From the sequence record ON631220.1: a DNA stretch of 64,000 bases, one strand, 5' to 3'. This document shows positions 27,408 to 37,856 of this stretch, piece after piece. The position numbers and the translations under genes were made by a program. Positions within the stretch are counted from its first letter, which is position 1. The number at the start of each line of letters is the position of its first letter. Under the pieces are notes generated by a model. It was given only the letters and a program-made list of their open reading frames with translations. It searched no databases and was not told the DNA's origin.

Positions 27408-27777
27408 GATCGATGGTAATCCTTTATCTTCTTCTAAAGACTATGGAAAGAAGATACGTACCTATTTGAATAGTGTATTGGAAAAGGAACAACGTATAAA
27501 TCTAAGTATAACTGGTGAGGAAGTACTTAGTCTAATTTATGCTATTACCGATTCAGATCTTCAATATAAAATTCTCAGCCGGGAAATTGCTGAAGTGAAG
27601 GCTAAAGATTCTTACCGTAATGCGGTATTGGTATTAGCTGGTGGCGTTACTCTTATTGGGGCATCAGTATCTACTATGGTAGTTTTATCTGGTGCACCTA
27701 TGTCAGAAGAAAGTGCCAATGTGTTAAAGACTATTGTGCAAGGTACCTTTGAATTAATAAAGATGCTTATGCAATAA
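27382..27777 (+). CDS. Membrane protein in the lysis region
   Basis: Start moved to ATG 27382 (GGAG SD), 131 aa, with a hydrophobic C-terminal segment. Confidence 0.7.
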   Translation: MTLEDVLIEIDGNPLSSSKDYGKKIRTYLNSVLEKEQRINLSITGEEVLSLIYAITDSDLQYKILSREIAEVKAKDSYRNAVLVLAGGVTLIGASVSTMVVLSGAPMSEESANVLKTIVQGTFELIKMLMQ

Positions 27778-27782
27778 AAACT

Positions 27783-27818
27783 ATAATAGCCTTCCTCTTC
27801 AAGAGGAAGGCTTTATAA
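27783..27818 (+). terminator. Stem-loop terminator
   Basis: AGCCTTCCTCT-TCA-AGAGGAAGGCT followed by TTATAAT. Confidence 0.8.
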
Positions 27819-27859
27819 TGCTATGTGGATTAAACATTTTACCACTATAGAGGTTTGAC

Positions 27860-28393
27860 ATGCAGGATATCTTTCCGTATGACATGGCATCGAGGGACGC
27901 GCTAGTAAAACTTGCGCGGGATGATTTAAAAATAAACTTCAAACCAGAAACAGTTACATTTGAAGATATGTTTTTTAGTCCAACCACGATTGAGCCTGGA
28001 CGTACATTTATTGAAATGATCGACATTACTACTGGCATTAAGTACATGTTAACTTACCGTCGGTTAGATTTTGCTGATCCACGTGCTATTGGTGAAGGAT
28101 CTATCCTTAAGATAGTTGGTACTTTAACACCTAAAGCAATTGCTGAAGAAATTAACCGTTCACGAGGTTGGAAGCTTGGACCAGATGATATTTCATTTGA
28201 TACAACACCAATCAATGCAACTACGGATATTGTTCCATACACGATAGTAGCTATGTCGAGTAGTTATGCTTACTATGGTGAATGTAATATACTAATTCAA
28301 CGTATTAATGATACGTCAGATACTATCCGACTATTAGAGAATGGTGCAGCACGTTATCTAGAAAATGGTCAACTCCGTTATCTAGAAAGTTAA
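27860..28393 (+). CDS. Virion structural protein (gp143-like) with three C-terminal R(L/Y)LE repeats
   Basis: 177 aa with a GAGGT SD; YRRLDF module; ends RLLENGAARYLENGQLRYLES. Confidence 0.85.
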   Translation: MQDIFPYDMASRDALVKLARDDLKINFKPETVTFEDMFFSPTTIEPGRTFIEMIDITTGIKYMLTYRRLDFADPRAIGEGSILKIVGTLTPKAIAEEINRSRGWKLGPDDISFDTTPINATTDIVPYTIVAMSSSYAYYGECNILIQRINDTSDTIRLLENGAARYLENGQLRYLES

Positions 28394-28415
28394 GTAATAC
28401 CCTCAATGAACCTAA

Positions 28416-29237
<822 letters not shown>

Positions 29238-29320
29238 GATGTAGCAATAGAATGGAGTCTATGGTATCATGTGAAACTTCCCCTCATGATAAACCACATC
29301 TTGTGTCAATGTAACTTTTT

Positions 29321-29350
29321 GAGAGTCCTTCGGGACTCTCTTATGTTGTT
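29321..29350 (+). terminator. Terminator GAGAGTCC-TTCG-GGACTCTC
   Basis: Perfect 8-bp stem with a TTCG loop and a TTATGTTGTT tail. Confidence 0.85.
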
Positions 29351-29442
29351 AAAATATTACTCATTAGCAATAGTACATTACTGTATGAGTCTTCTTCGAA
29401 AGACTAACATGTTAGTGTTTCTTATACAGCAAGGAAATAAAA

Positions 29443-31812
29443 ATGGCAAATGCTACAGACAAAGGCAAGATCAGTCAACTGCCGGATCTAGCTACTCTTA
29501 ACGATAGCGAGTATATTGAATTAATTCATACCGATGCAGCTGGTCAAGTCGATAACTATAAGTTTCTGCTGTCAAAACTACAGACTGGGGCACCCGGTCT
29601 TAGTGCGTACGAGATTGCCGTTAAAAATGGTTTCCAGGGAACTGAAACCGAATGGCTTGATTCGCTCAAAGGTAAATCTTCTTATCAAATCGCAGTCGAT
29701 CTAGGTTTCGTTGGTACTGAAGAAGAGTTTATAGCATCCCTTAAAGGTGATGCTGGTAAGAGTGCATATGAAGTAGCTGTGGAAAATGGTTTCCAAGGTA
29801 CTGAACAGGAATGGTTAACATCACTGCATGCAACCATGACTGCTGAACTACTCCAGACACTCTTAAATCAACAAGGTTATACAGTTAAAGATGTACTTCG
29901 TGTAACTGGTAAGAATGGTGGATTATCATCCAACGCTGCTTTCCATAACTTTGCTTTCCTGTTTGATAAGCGTCTAAATCAAGACGACTTAACTGCTGGT
30001 GATAAAGTACCTCAGCGTATGATGGAACAAGGTCGTATGGAAGCAGAAGGTTATTCTTATCTAAAGAACGCTTCTGCACCCACTACGCAAGGCGCATTAC
30101 CCGAATTACCTGAGTCTGAAATTCGTATTTATGACAATGGTGAATTCCAGATTGGTAGTTTAACTGATTACATTGCATTCAAGAATGACGGCAATATCCG
30201 TATTGTTGAAGGCGTTGATGAAACAACCGTTGACCTTAAGAACCTTCCTAAAAATGAAGGTATTAGTGGCGGTGTATTCGTCAAAGATGTACAAGCAACT
30301 GATCCCAGTCAGAACGTAGGTAGTATTGTGCGTACCCCTGATGGACACAGCGTACAGTCATGTCTATCAACTACTAGTAATGTTCGGGTTATCGTTGATG
30401 CAATAACTGGACATTCTAGTTATGTACCTAGCGTTAAAATCAATAATGTAGATGCAGTTGTAACTCCTGGCGTTAATCCACCTATGTGGATTGCTACTGC
30501 CAATATTGACCTTGGTGCACCTACTACTGAAGGTTATGCTGATATTGTTGTAGAACACGCCGATGGGGCTAAATTTACTACTAAGGTATTAGCCGATACT
30601 CCCGCTAATATTACTAGTGCTGTATTTACTGGCGGTTATCCGTTAGGTCAAACAGAACTTAAAGAAGATGACCTTGTTGCAATTAAAGTTGTTACTGATG
30701 AAAATATAGTAGCGTACGAAATTGCTGACTTTGGTGCACTGAAAGAAAGTAGTGGTACTGTTGCACCTACTAAAGAACTAGAGGTTACTGGTCTTTACGT
30801 AGCTGATCGTGGTAATACTACTAAGGCATATGGTTTCCGTGTACGTGTTCAGAAATCAACTGGGTCATGGTCAGAATGGTTTACTTCCAGTGATGCTGGT
30901 TCCGAAGATAAAATTAACACCATGCAGTTAAATGATCTTCGCCCAGTTGTTAATATTGGTCAAGTAACTTATCCGTCTGGTCAAAGTGCTATTAAAGTAG
31001 GTGAAACTGCTACTGTTGCCAATACAGTATCTAATGCTGATAGTGTGGTTTATTCCTCACCAAATGATCAGCTCACTATAACCAGTGCAAATGAAGCAGA
31101 AATTGCTAAGGTAGTTACTTATAAGTCAGGTACTTATAACGACAGCACTAATAACCTATTAATTACTGCTAAACGTGCAGCTAATGGTAGTGTAGCTACG
31201 GCTACTGCTGTTGTAGCTATTGCAAATGCGGCACCTACTGCGACGGTTACCTACCCTGCTGCTCGCCTTCGTTCAGGCGGTAACTTTGGAACCCAAGTAC
31301 AAAGTCATGTCATTACTTTAACCTCTACTCAGAAACTAAGTGCAGCTCCGGCCATGAATGCGCCTGGCGGTAAGTGGGCTACTGAGGATTGGAAATCTGA
31401 TGCCACTGGTAAGGTATGGACACGTGCGTTACTAGTACATGACGATGATCCTAAAGGAACCTACGATTTTAACAGCGTGGTTCTAAAAGGTTTAGCTGGT
31501 GTTGAAGCTAATAGTGTAAATGGTGGTACTTACGTACTAGGTGGATTTGTATTCCGCACTCTAAGTGTAGCTGCTTGGCCTAACCGTGAAACTGATATTG
31601 GTACTGAAGTAACCAATACTGGTAAACTACGTTGCAGTAACCTATCTAAAGGTTCTACTGGTAGCTTAAACTTCACTTATAAGGCGGATGATGCAAATCA
31701 AGTTGACACCTACACCATCAAGGATGGCAATAAGTGGTATAACTGTGACTCAGCAAACGCTGTATCCAACACCACTGGACTGATGAAAATCGAACTTGAG
31801 GAAGTAGTATAA
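29443..31812 (+). CDS. Fibre/structural protein (gp145-like)
   Basis: 789 aa; N-terminal KISQLP motif, three SAY/SSY-x-(I/V)AV-x2-GF-x-GTE repeats and beta-rich domains. Confidence 0.88.
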   Translation: MANATDKGKISQLPDLATLNDSEYIELIHTDAAGQVDNYKFLLSKLQTGAPGLSAYEIAVKNGFQGTETEWLDSLKGKSSYQIAVDLGFVGTEEEFIASLKGDAGKSAYEVAVENGFQGTEQEWLTSLHATMTAELLQTLLNQQGYTVKDVLRVTGKNGGLSSNAAFHNFAFLFDKRLNQDDLTAGDKVPQRMMEQGRMEAEGYSYLKNASAPTTQGALPELPESEIRIYDNGEFQIGSLTDYIAFKNDGNIRIVEGVDETTVDLKNLPKNEGISGGVFVKDVQATDPSQNVGSIVRTPDGHSVQSCLSTTSNVRVIVDAITGHSSYVPSVKINNVDAVVTPGVNPPMWIATANIDLGAPTTEGYADIVVEHADGAKFTTKVLADTPANITSAVFTGGYPLGQTELKEDDLVAIKVVTDENIVAYEIADFGALKESSGTVAPTKELEVTGLYVADRGNTTKAYGFRVRVQKSTGSWSEWFTSSDAGSEDKINTMQLNDLRPVVNIGQVTYPSGQSAIKVGETATVANTVSNADSVVYSSPNDQLTITSANEAEIAKVVTYKSGTYNDSTNNLLITAKRAANGSVATATAVVAIANAAPTATVTYPAARLRSGGNFGTQVQSHVITLTSTQKLSAAPAMNAPGGKWATEDWKSDATGKVWTRALLVHDDDPKGTYDFNSVVLKGLAGVEANSVNGGTYVLGGFVFRTLSVAAWPNRETDIGTEVTNTGKLRCSNLSKGSTGSLNFTYKADDANQVDTYTIKDGNKWYNCDSANAVSNTTGLMKIELEEVV

Positions 31813-34800
31813 TGGCTTCTGCATTTGAAGATTATGTAAACGGGGAACTCCCCAAACGGGTATCATCAATTGATGAACCCACTTCTGTAGTTAATGGACA
31901 CATCCCGGTTTCTACCGGGGTGGGTCTTAATACCACTTTCGTTGATCCTGTTACTATACCTGGATTAAAGGGTGAAGACGGTCAGCCGGGTAAAGATGGC
32001 GACCAAGGCCCTCCTGGCCCGGTTGGTCCAGCTATCAATATTATCGCTAATGTTGATCTAGCCACATTCGAACAAGAAATTAAACCATTAGATACGCATA
32101 ATGTCGGTGATGCTTGGTTCGTTGAAGATCGGCTATGGGTATGGGAATCACCGCTAGGTAACGAAGATCCCCCTGTAAAAGGTCGTTGGGTTGAAACAGG
32201 TTCACTTCGTGGTCCAGATGGTACTGGTCTAGTTATCCGTGGTCGTTGGCCTAATAACTTAGAATTACCTAAGACTGAAAGTAATAAACCTGGAGATGCT
32301 TATTCATGGAATAATCAACTCTGGGCGTGGATGCTTATCTCAGGTAATAATCCGCCAGAGAATCCAACTATTGATGACTATGATTGGTTCCCAGTTACAC
32401 CACAGGGTGAACGTGGACCTGAGGGCCCCGAGGGTCCTCAAGGTAAAGACGGTGAAATTGGTCCTGAAGGTCCTCAGGGTGAACCAGCAATGCCATTCAC
32501 CATTAAGGATTCACTACCATCACCAGCTGATTTACCTGATCCATCTGTAGCTAAAGAATCAGAAGCATACTTAGTTACTATGGAAGCTGGCAAACCAGAA
32601 CATCTATTCATCTTTGTAAAAGGAGCGTGGTCAGACCTAGGTACTTTCCAAGGTCCTGAGGGCCCACAAGGTAAACCAGGTAATACAGGTGATCCGGGTC
32701 CCGATGGTAAACAAGGTGAACCTGGTCCACAAGGTCGTAACTTAGAAGTAGTTAAAGCAGTTGAAACTGCTGATGATCTATTAACCACTACTGGTGTAGA
32801 ACAATACCAAGGTGTTTCAGTACGTTCCACCAATACGGTTTATGTACTGACTGGCCAAGATCCGACTGTTGATATCTCATGGACAGCCATGGGTTCATTC
32901 CGTGGTCCGCAGGGCCCAGAAGGCCCACAAGGTAAAGATGGTGATCAAGGTATACCTGGTGAACCAGGGGCACAAGGTAAATCGGCTTTCCAAGTAGCAT
33001 TGGACAATGGGTTCACTGGTACTGAGGGTGAATGGTTAATCAGTCTACATGGTAAGAACGTAGTTATTACTGGTGCTGTTGCCAATGAGGCAGCCCTACC
33101 GGCAGATGCTCCTGATCAGGCAGCGTACTTCACACAAGACACATCTACCTTATTTGTTAAGATAGATGGTAATTGGGTAAATAGTGGTACACATCGAGGT
33201 CCTAAAGGTGAAGATGGCGCACCTGGTAAAGACGGTGATCAGGGTCCAGAAGGTCCCGAGGGCCCAGAAGGCCCACAAGGTCCCGCTGGTGAACCTATCC
33301 AGATCATCGCAGCGATTGACACTCCTGAAGATACCCCACCAGAGGCACTTGCTGATAACCAATGGAAAGCATATACTGTTAAGTCCACGGGCGAAGTATT
33401 TGTTAACATGGACGGTAGTCGCTGGACTAGCGTTGGTATTATGGCAGGTCCGCAAGGTAAACCGGGTGAAGGTTTAAACATCAAAGGTGTTTTAACTGAT
33501 GCTTCACAACTACCAAAGAAAGACACTGATCCTGACTTAGTAACTGGTGATTCATACTGGGTTGAAACTAATGAAGGTACAATGCTCTATACTTACCAAG
33601 GTCAGGAAATTGATGGCTATATCGGCCCAATTAATCTAAATGGTGAGCAGGGTATCCAGGGTGTCGAAGGTCCACAAGGTCCTGAAGGTAAACAAGGTGG
33701 TGGTCTATTAATTATCTACGTTGGTGATGATGCTGGTAAACCAGTAGCATCTGCTGATAACGTAGGTAAAGGTATTGCCATTCACACCAATACTGAAGGA
33801 CAAGTAGAAGTATTTGTAAGTATCGATACTGAAGGTACATTTACTTGGGAAAGCCTAGGTGTCCTAGCTATGGGTCCGCAGGGTCCTGAAGGTCCTGAGG
33901 GCAAGCAAGGTGTTCCAGGTATGCCTGGTAAAACCGGTCAGAAAGGTGAACGTGGATCCTCTTGGGTAATTCTACCTGAAGGTCAAACTGCGCCTACATC
34001 TATCGATGGTAACCGTGGTGACTGGTGTATCGACAAAACTGGCACTGTCTGGTATAAAGATGCTAACTGGGTTGTATTCTACAAACTAATGTCCGTTCCA
34101 GTTAGTGAAGTCGATCCAGAAGATGTCGATAAGAAAATGGTTCGGTACAAACTCGGCTGGACTGAACTACCTGTTGATGAAGTACCCAATGCCGAGGTTG
34201 GTGTTTTCTATGGTCGCCGTAAAGCAACCGCTGATGGGGCTGTTGAATGGACTGCTATTGAATTACCAACACCTGCCATTGATGCTGTACCTAATCCAAC
34301 TGTCAATGCACAATACGTTCGTAAAGGTATTGCAGGTGGTGAAACTGAATGGGCTACCATTACATTCCCAGAAATTCCTTCAGATGTAGTACGCGATACT
34401 GCACAAGCTACTAAGCCTCAAGGTCGTGTAGCTGGTAACTGGGTTGATGTAGCACCTCTGCAAACCGATGATACTCTGATGGGTATGCAAAATGGTGAAT
34501 GGGTAGCTGTACCAGCCGCAGTTATTGGTGAAGTACCTAGTGAAGGTGCTACTGGCACTAACTATGTACGTGAGAAAACAGCTAGTGGTTCTAAATGGAC
34601 ACCTGTAACTATTATAGTTGATCAAGCTGATGCTACTAGTGGACAACTATTCCTACGTAATGCTGCGGCTAAATCATGGACTCTATTCCAAGGTCCGAAT
34701 AATGATGTAACCGCTGATGGTGATTGGGTACGTAGCCGTACTGGTACTAATATTACTTGGAAGAAGCTAGATAAATCATTCGATGCATATAGTCTAAAAT

Positions 34801-35093
34801 CAAGTACATTCACTGGTACAGCTTTAACTCTAACACCAGCTAACCAACAGTGCTATAGGGTTCAAACTGCTGCTAACCAAACCATTACACTAGAGAATGG
34901 ACCTGTTGATCGTATGGTAACGGCTGTTCTTGTACTACTTGGTAAGGTAGCTATGCCAACACTATCTAGTGCAGTGCTACAGTGGAACAATGGTACTCCA
35001 TTAATAGTAGATGACCTAGGCGATACTAAAACAATTCTTACTCTCCTATGGGACGGTACTAATTGGGTAGTTTCCAAAGGTGCTGTTATTTAA
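31812..35093 (+). CDS. Collagen-like fibre protein (gp146-like)
   Basis: 1093 aa with many G-X-Y runs (GPEGPQG) separated by small globular modules; TAATG-coupled. Confidence 0.92.
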   Translation: MASAFEDYVNGELPKRVSSIDEPTSVVNGHIPVSTGVGLNTTFVDPVTIPGLKGEDGQPGKDGDQGPPGPVGPAINIIANVDLATFEQEIKPLDTHNVGDAWFVEDRLWVWESPLGNEDPPVKGRWVETGSLRGPDGTGLVIRGRWPNNLELPKTESNKPGDAYSWNNQLWAWMLISGNNPPENPTIDDYDWFPVTPQGERGPEGPEGPQGKDGEIGPEGPQGEPAMPFTIKDSLPSPADLPDPSVAKESEAYLVTMEAGKPEHLFIFVKGAWSDLGTFQGPEGPQGKPGNTGDPGPDGKQGEPGPQGRNLEVVKAVETADDLLTTTGVEQYQGVSVRSTNTVYVLTGQDPTVDISWTAMGSFRGPQGPEGPQGKDGDQGIPGEPGAQGKSAFQVALDNGFTGTEGEWLISLHGKNVVITGAVANEAALPADAPDQAAYFTQDTSTLFVKIDGNWVNSGTHRGPKGEDGAPGKDGDQGPEGPEGPEGPQGPAGEPIQIIAAIDTPEDTPPEALADNQWKAYTVKSTGEVFVNMDGSRWTSVGIMAGPQGKPGEGLNIKGVLTDASQLPKKDTDPDLVTGDSYWVETNEGTMLYTYQGQEIDGYIGPINLNGEQGIQGVEGPQGPEGKQGGGLLIIYVGDDAGKPVASADNVGKGIAIHTNTEGQVEVFVSIDTEGTFTWESLGVLAMGPQGPEGPEGKQGVPGMPGKTGQKGERGSSWVILPEGQTAPTSIDGNRGDWCIDKTGTVWYKDANWVVFYKLMSVPVSEVDPEDVDKKMVRYKLGWTELPVDEVPNAEVGVFYGRRKATADGAVEWTAIELPTPAIDAVPNPTVNAQYVRKGIAGGETEWATITFPEIPSDVVRDTAQATKPQGRVAGNWVDVAPLQTDDTLMGMQNGEWVAVPAAVIGEVPSEGATGTNYVREKTASGSKWTPVTIIVDQADATSGQLFLRNAAAKSWTLFQGPNNDVTADGDWVRSRTGTNITWKKLDKSFDAYSLKSSTFTGTALTLTPANQQCYRVQTAANQTITLENGPVDRMVTAVLVLLGKVAMPTLSSAVLQWNNGTPLIVDDLGDTKTILTLLWDGTNWVVSKGAVI

Positions 35094-35104
35094 AACGACA
35101 TATT

Positions 35105-35133
35105 GCCCTCCCTTCGGGGAGGGCTTTATTTTG
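35105..35133 (+). terminator. Terminator GCCCTCCC-TTCG-GGGAGGGC
   Basis: Identical core to 2771-2790, with a T-rich tail. Confidence 0.9.
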
Positions 35134-35183
35134 TCTTTTAAGGTTGATTTATTATTAACTATACCATCATGCCAGTTATATCT

Positions 35184-35219
35184 AAAAAAAGCATAGAAAG
35201 CCCTATTAGAGCTTTCTAT
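35184..35219 (-). terminator. Minus-strand terminator after gp147
   Basis: ATAGAAAGC...GCTTTCTAT stem with an A7 tract on the plus strand (U-tract on minus). Confidence 0.75.
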
Positions 35220-35225
35220 TGGGTA

Positions 35226-35942
35226 TCATGGCTTAAACATGGAAAAGTATTCAGCATCGATGAAATCAAAGTCGATATTAAGTTTATGCTTTAACTGGAA
35301 ATCCATGATAATAAACTGTTTATCTTCAACAGCTAATTCACTTACATCTTTCTCAAATAGCTTTGGACCAATAATCGTAAAGTCAGGCATCAACACTTGT
35401 CCTAATTCAAGAACATGGGTTTTACACCATTCTCCAAAATTATACATAATCGCCATTGAATAGATAGAGTTTAATCTAGAACAAGTAAGATCTGTTAATG
35501 GAGTATTAATCAGGGTGATCTGAATATGATCACCTATGTACTTATGTAAGCAGTATAGTAATTCATCTTGAGCATCTGGTGTTAATTCATATGGCCAGAT
35601 ATTAACTTCAAGACATGTTTCAAAATTAGCATTAACTATACCATCTAATCTATTCAAATCTGATTGGGCTATTAATTGAATAATAAATGGAATGATACCA
35701 GTGAATATAGAACTATTGATAGTATCAGCAGTATTTTCACCACCACGTTTAGAATAAGCTTCGACAAATTGTTCATTAGTTACTAAACCATCTGTTAGTT
35801 TAGTCCAATCATCCATTTCCCTATGCCAATAAATTTGACCATTAGTAACAAGCTTATTAGCTGCATCTTTATTTAGTAACCTAATAGTTCCTAACCGTGT
35901 ATCTAATAGTGAGTCAAGATCAATTAAGATTTTACGAAACAT
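35226..35942 (-). CDS. Hypothetical protein with a HAD-like N-terminal motif (gp147 position)
   Basis: 238 aa; ILIDLDSLLDT at the N-terminus. Confidence 0.75.
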   Translation of the reverse strand: MFRKILIDLDSLLDTRLGTIRLLNKDAANKLVTNGQIYWHREMDDWTKLTDGLVTNEQFVEAYSKRGGENTADTINSSIFTGIIPFIIQLIAQSDLNRLDGIVNANFETCLEVNIWPYELTPDAQDELLYCLHKYIGDHIQITLINTPLTDLTCSRLNSIYSMAIMYNFGEWCKTHVLELGQVLMPDFTIIGPKLFEKDVSELAVEDKQFIIMDFQLKHKLNIDFDFIDAEYFSMFKP

Positions 35943-36438
35943 TATTATTTACCGCCTTCTTTTTAGATGGCTTAGCTTGAACTGGGATAGATTCAACCAT
36001 ATTAGTAATATAACGGATATTTAAACATTGGCAAATAATCCAAACTAACCAATCATTTTGGTATAAAATGTCAGTTAATTCTTTTCGTGGAATTAATCGC
36101 GCTAACATTTCTTGGTCAACAATAGTTGAATTAGGCTGATAAGGATAAATAGAATTAGCTAGTAATTCCACCACATCTTCCCAATCATTAACAGCCATCT
36201 TAAATCGGCTAACTAAACTTAAGATAGGTTGAAGACGATTACCTTTATTACGGAATAAATTCCAGATATCCCTAATAACTGTTTTATCAGCAATGTGATA
36301 CCAATGAGTATTGGTACTCCAGTTATTTAGTAAATCCAAAATATCCGCAATGATTTCAGCACTGTATCCATTTACTAACTCAGTATTAGATACAATTAAA
36401 GCTTCGCACATATCTTCATAAATCTGACGATTATTCAT
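35932..36438 (-). CDS. Hypothetical protein (gp148 position)
   Basis: 168-aa ORF within the operon. Confidence 0.8.
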   Translation of the reverse strand: MNNRQIYEDMCEALIVSNTELVNGYSAEIIADILDLLNNWSTNTHWYHIADKTVIRDIWNLFRNKGNRLQPILSLVSRFKMAVNDWEDVVELLANSIYPYQPNSTIVDQEMLARLIPRKELTDILYQNDWLVWIICQCLNIRYITNMVESIPVQAKPSKKKAVNNNVS

Positions 36439-36440
36439 AG

Positions 36441-37115
36441 TTACACCAAGTTATTTTGTAGCATCATGCCTTTTAGATAACATGCAAATGTTTTATTAGA
36501 TTGCACAGTAGCATCATAAGTGGACATGATGGAATCAACAGAAGCACTACCAGTTTCGATAATAGAGCGGTTCATTGCATTATATGCCTTCTGGTCACCA
36601 CCACGTAATTTCATGAATTCGATCATGGAATAACGGAGACCTTTTGAAGCGTTAACTTGAATCTCTGGTGCAGACATACGTGATCCTTTAGAATCACCAG
36701 TTACTTGCCCTGACCTCTGGTCAATCACATGACTAGAACCCGGAATACTTTTCTTTTTCTCAAGCATCTGTACTTGACGACGGATTGGTATTAAACCAAC
36801 TAAATGTTTATTAGCAGTTCGATATACCTGGCCAGTACCTGGATCAGTTAAAATGATGTGTTGGAATAAATTATGACCAATCGCTTTAGCAACTTTATAA
36901 TTTCGCTTAATGGTTAATTTAGGCTTAGTGCATAAGTTAGGAGCATATAACGCCAACATCTCTTCACCAGAATCTAACTTATTAATCCACTCCTCAAATT
37001 CCTCATCATTCATTCGCGCAAACATTTCTTTATAGATATCAACATTACTACTACCAGGTAGAAACATGTCAATAATCCATAGGCATTCTTTTTCTACCAA
37101 TTCTCGTTTAGTCAT
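36441..37115 (-). CDS. Virion RNA polymerase subunit, beta C-terminal fragment (phiKZ gp149)
   Basis: KGSRMSAPEIQVNASKG...IEFMKLRGGD parallels RpoB GGQRFGEMEVWALEAYG...QEMLTVKSDD. Confidence 0.9.
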   Translation of the reverse strand: MTKRELVEKECLWIIDMFLPGSSNVDIYKEMFARMNDEEFEEWINKLDSGEEMLALYAPNLCTKPKLTIKRNYKVAKAIGHNLFQHIILTDPGTGQVYRTANKHLVGLIPIRRQVQMLEKKKSIPGSSHVIDQRSGQVTGDSKGSRMSAPEIQVNASKGLRYSMIEFMKLRGGDQKAYNAMNRSIIETGSASVDSIMSTYDATVQSNKTFACYLKGMMLQNNLV

Positions 37116-37147
37116 GGTAATTTCCTTTAAGGTTGTTTAACATACCA

Positions 37148-37468
37148 TTAGCTTGAGCGAGATACCCCTTGATAAACAGGTATTGAATTCTGGTCAGTAC
37201 ATGGAGGTAACCTATGTCTCTTAAGAATTGGTAATATGTTGGCTAGAAAATTAGCATACCATACTTCAAAGGTGACTGAATCATCAATGGTAGTTCTAGC
37301 TGTCAATGTCTGACTAGGATATTGAGCTAATAGTTGCTGAAAGCAAGCTGATAAAGTGGGTACGTCTGTACACACTGGTAATCGACGTAATAGATCTTCT
37401 GATAGTTCAACATCAAACATTCGTAGACGTTGACAAAGTGTTAAACGATAATCTTCTGTAGTTTTCAT
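37148..37468 (-). CDS. Hypothetical protein (gp150 position)
   Basis: 106 aa with an AAGGA SD. Confidence 0.78.
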   Translation of the reverse strand: MKTTEDYRLTLCQRLRMFDVELSEDLLRRLPVCTDVPTLSACFQQLLAQYPSQTLTARTTIDDSVTFEVWYANFLANILPILKRHRLPPCTDQNSIPVYQGVSRSS

Positions 37469-37491
37469 TATAGTTCCTTAGGGTCTTTATT

Positions 37492-37842
37492 TTACTTTGA
37501 TATCTCACCACAGTAAATGACCTCTGTTTTTGTTTCAAGCCATTCTACTAATAAATGCCGGTGACAGAAATTACCAGCGCGACAATAACAACCTAATGCT
37601 ACTTCCTCTAATTGGAAGAACCATTTAAAGAATTCTGGATTATCAATCAATGATTGCTCTAACATACTGAGATATGCTTCAGTGTATTCATCACTTGATA
37701 TAATTCCTTTCTTATGTCCCATAACCATTAACCACGTAGGTGCGAGTTGATATGCACCTGATTTAACAGTTATGTCTAGCGGTTTTATTCCTTTCTCTAT
37801 AACTAACTTATATTTAGCTATCTGATAAGTGTAAACATTCAT
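37492..37842 (-). CDS. DUF488-like protein (gp151 position)
   Basis: 116 aa; LAP-T-W and ALGCYC-x4-FCHRHLL motifs. Confidence 0.6.
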   Translation of the reverse strand: MNVYTYQIAKYKLVIEKGIKPLDITVKSGAYQLAPTWLMVMGHKKGIISSDEYTEAYLSMLEQSLIDNPEFFKWFFQLEEVALGCYCRAGNFCHRHLLVEWLETKTEVIYCGEISK

Positions 37843-37856
37843 ATACCAAACCTGAC

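Noticed and set aside
28284-28291. Minus-strand TATATTAC match inside gp143 (also at 50254-50261)
   Set aside because: Intragenic and lacking the upstream TTAAGA/A-tract seen in the three credible early promoters.
29271-29501. 76-aa ORF between the endolysin and gp145
   Set aside because: Runs through a terminator hairpin, overlaps the gp145 start and has no SD.
32296-33526. Cluster of alternative-frame and antisense ORFs, and repeated GGTCC(T/A)GA(A/G)GG DNA units
   Set aside because: By-products of collagen G-P-X coding; no constant repeat-spacer period, so not a CRISPR array.
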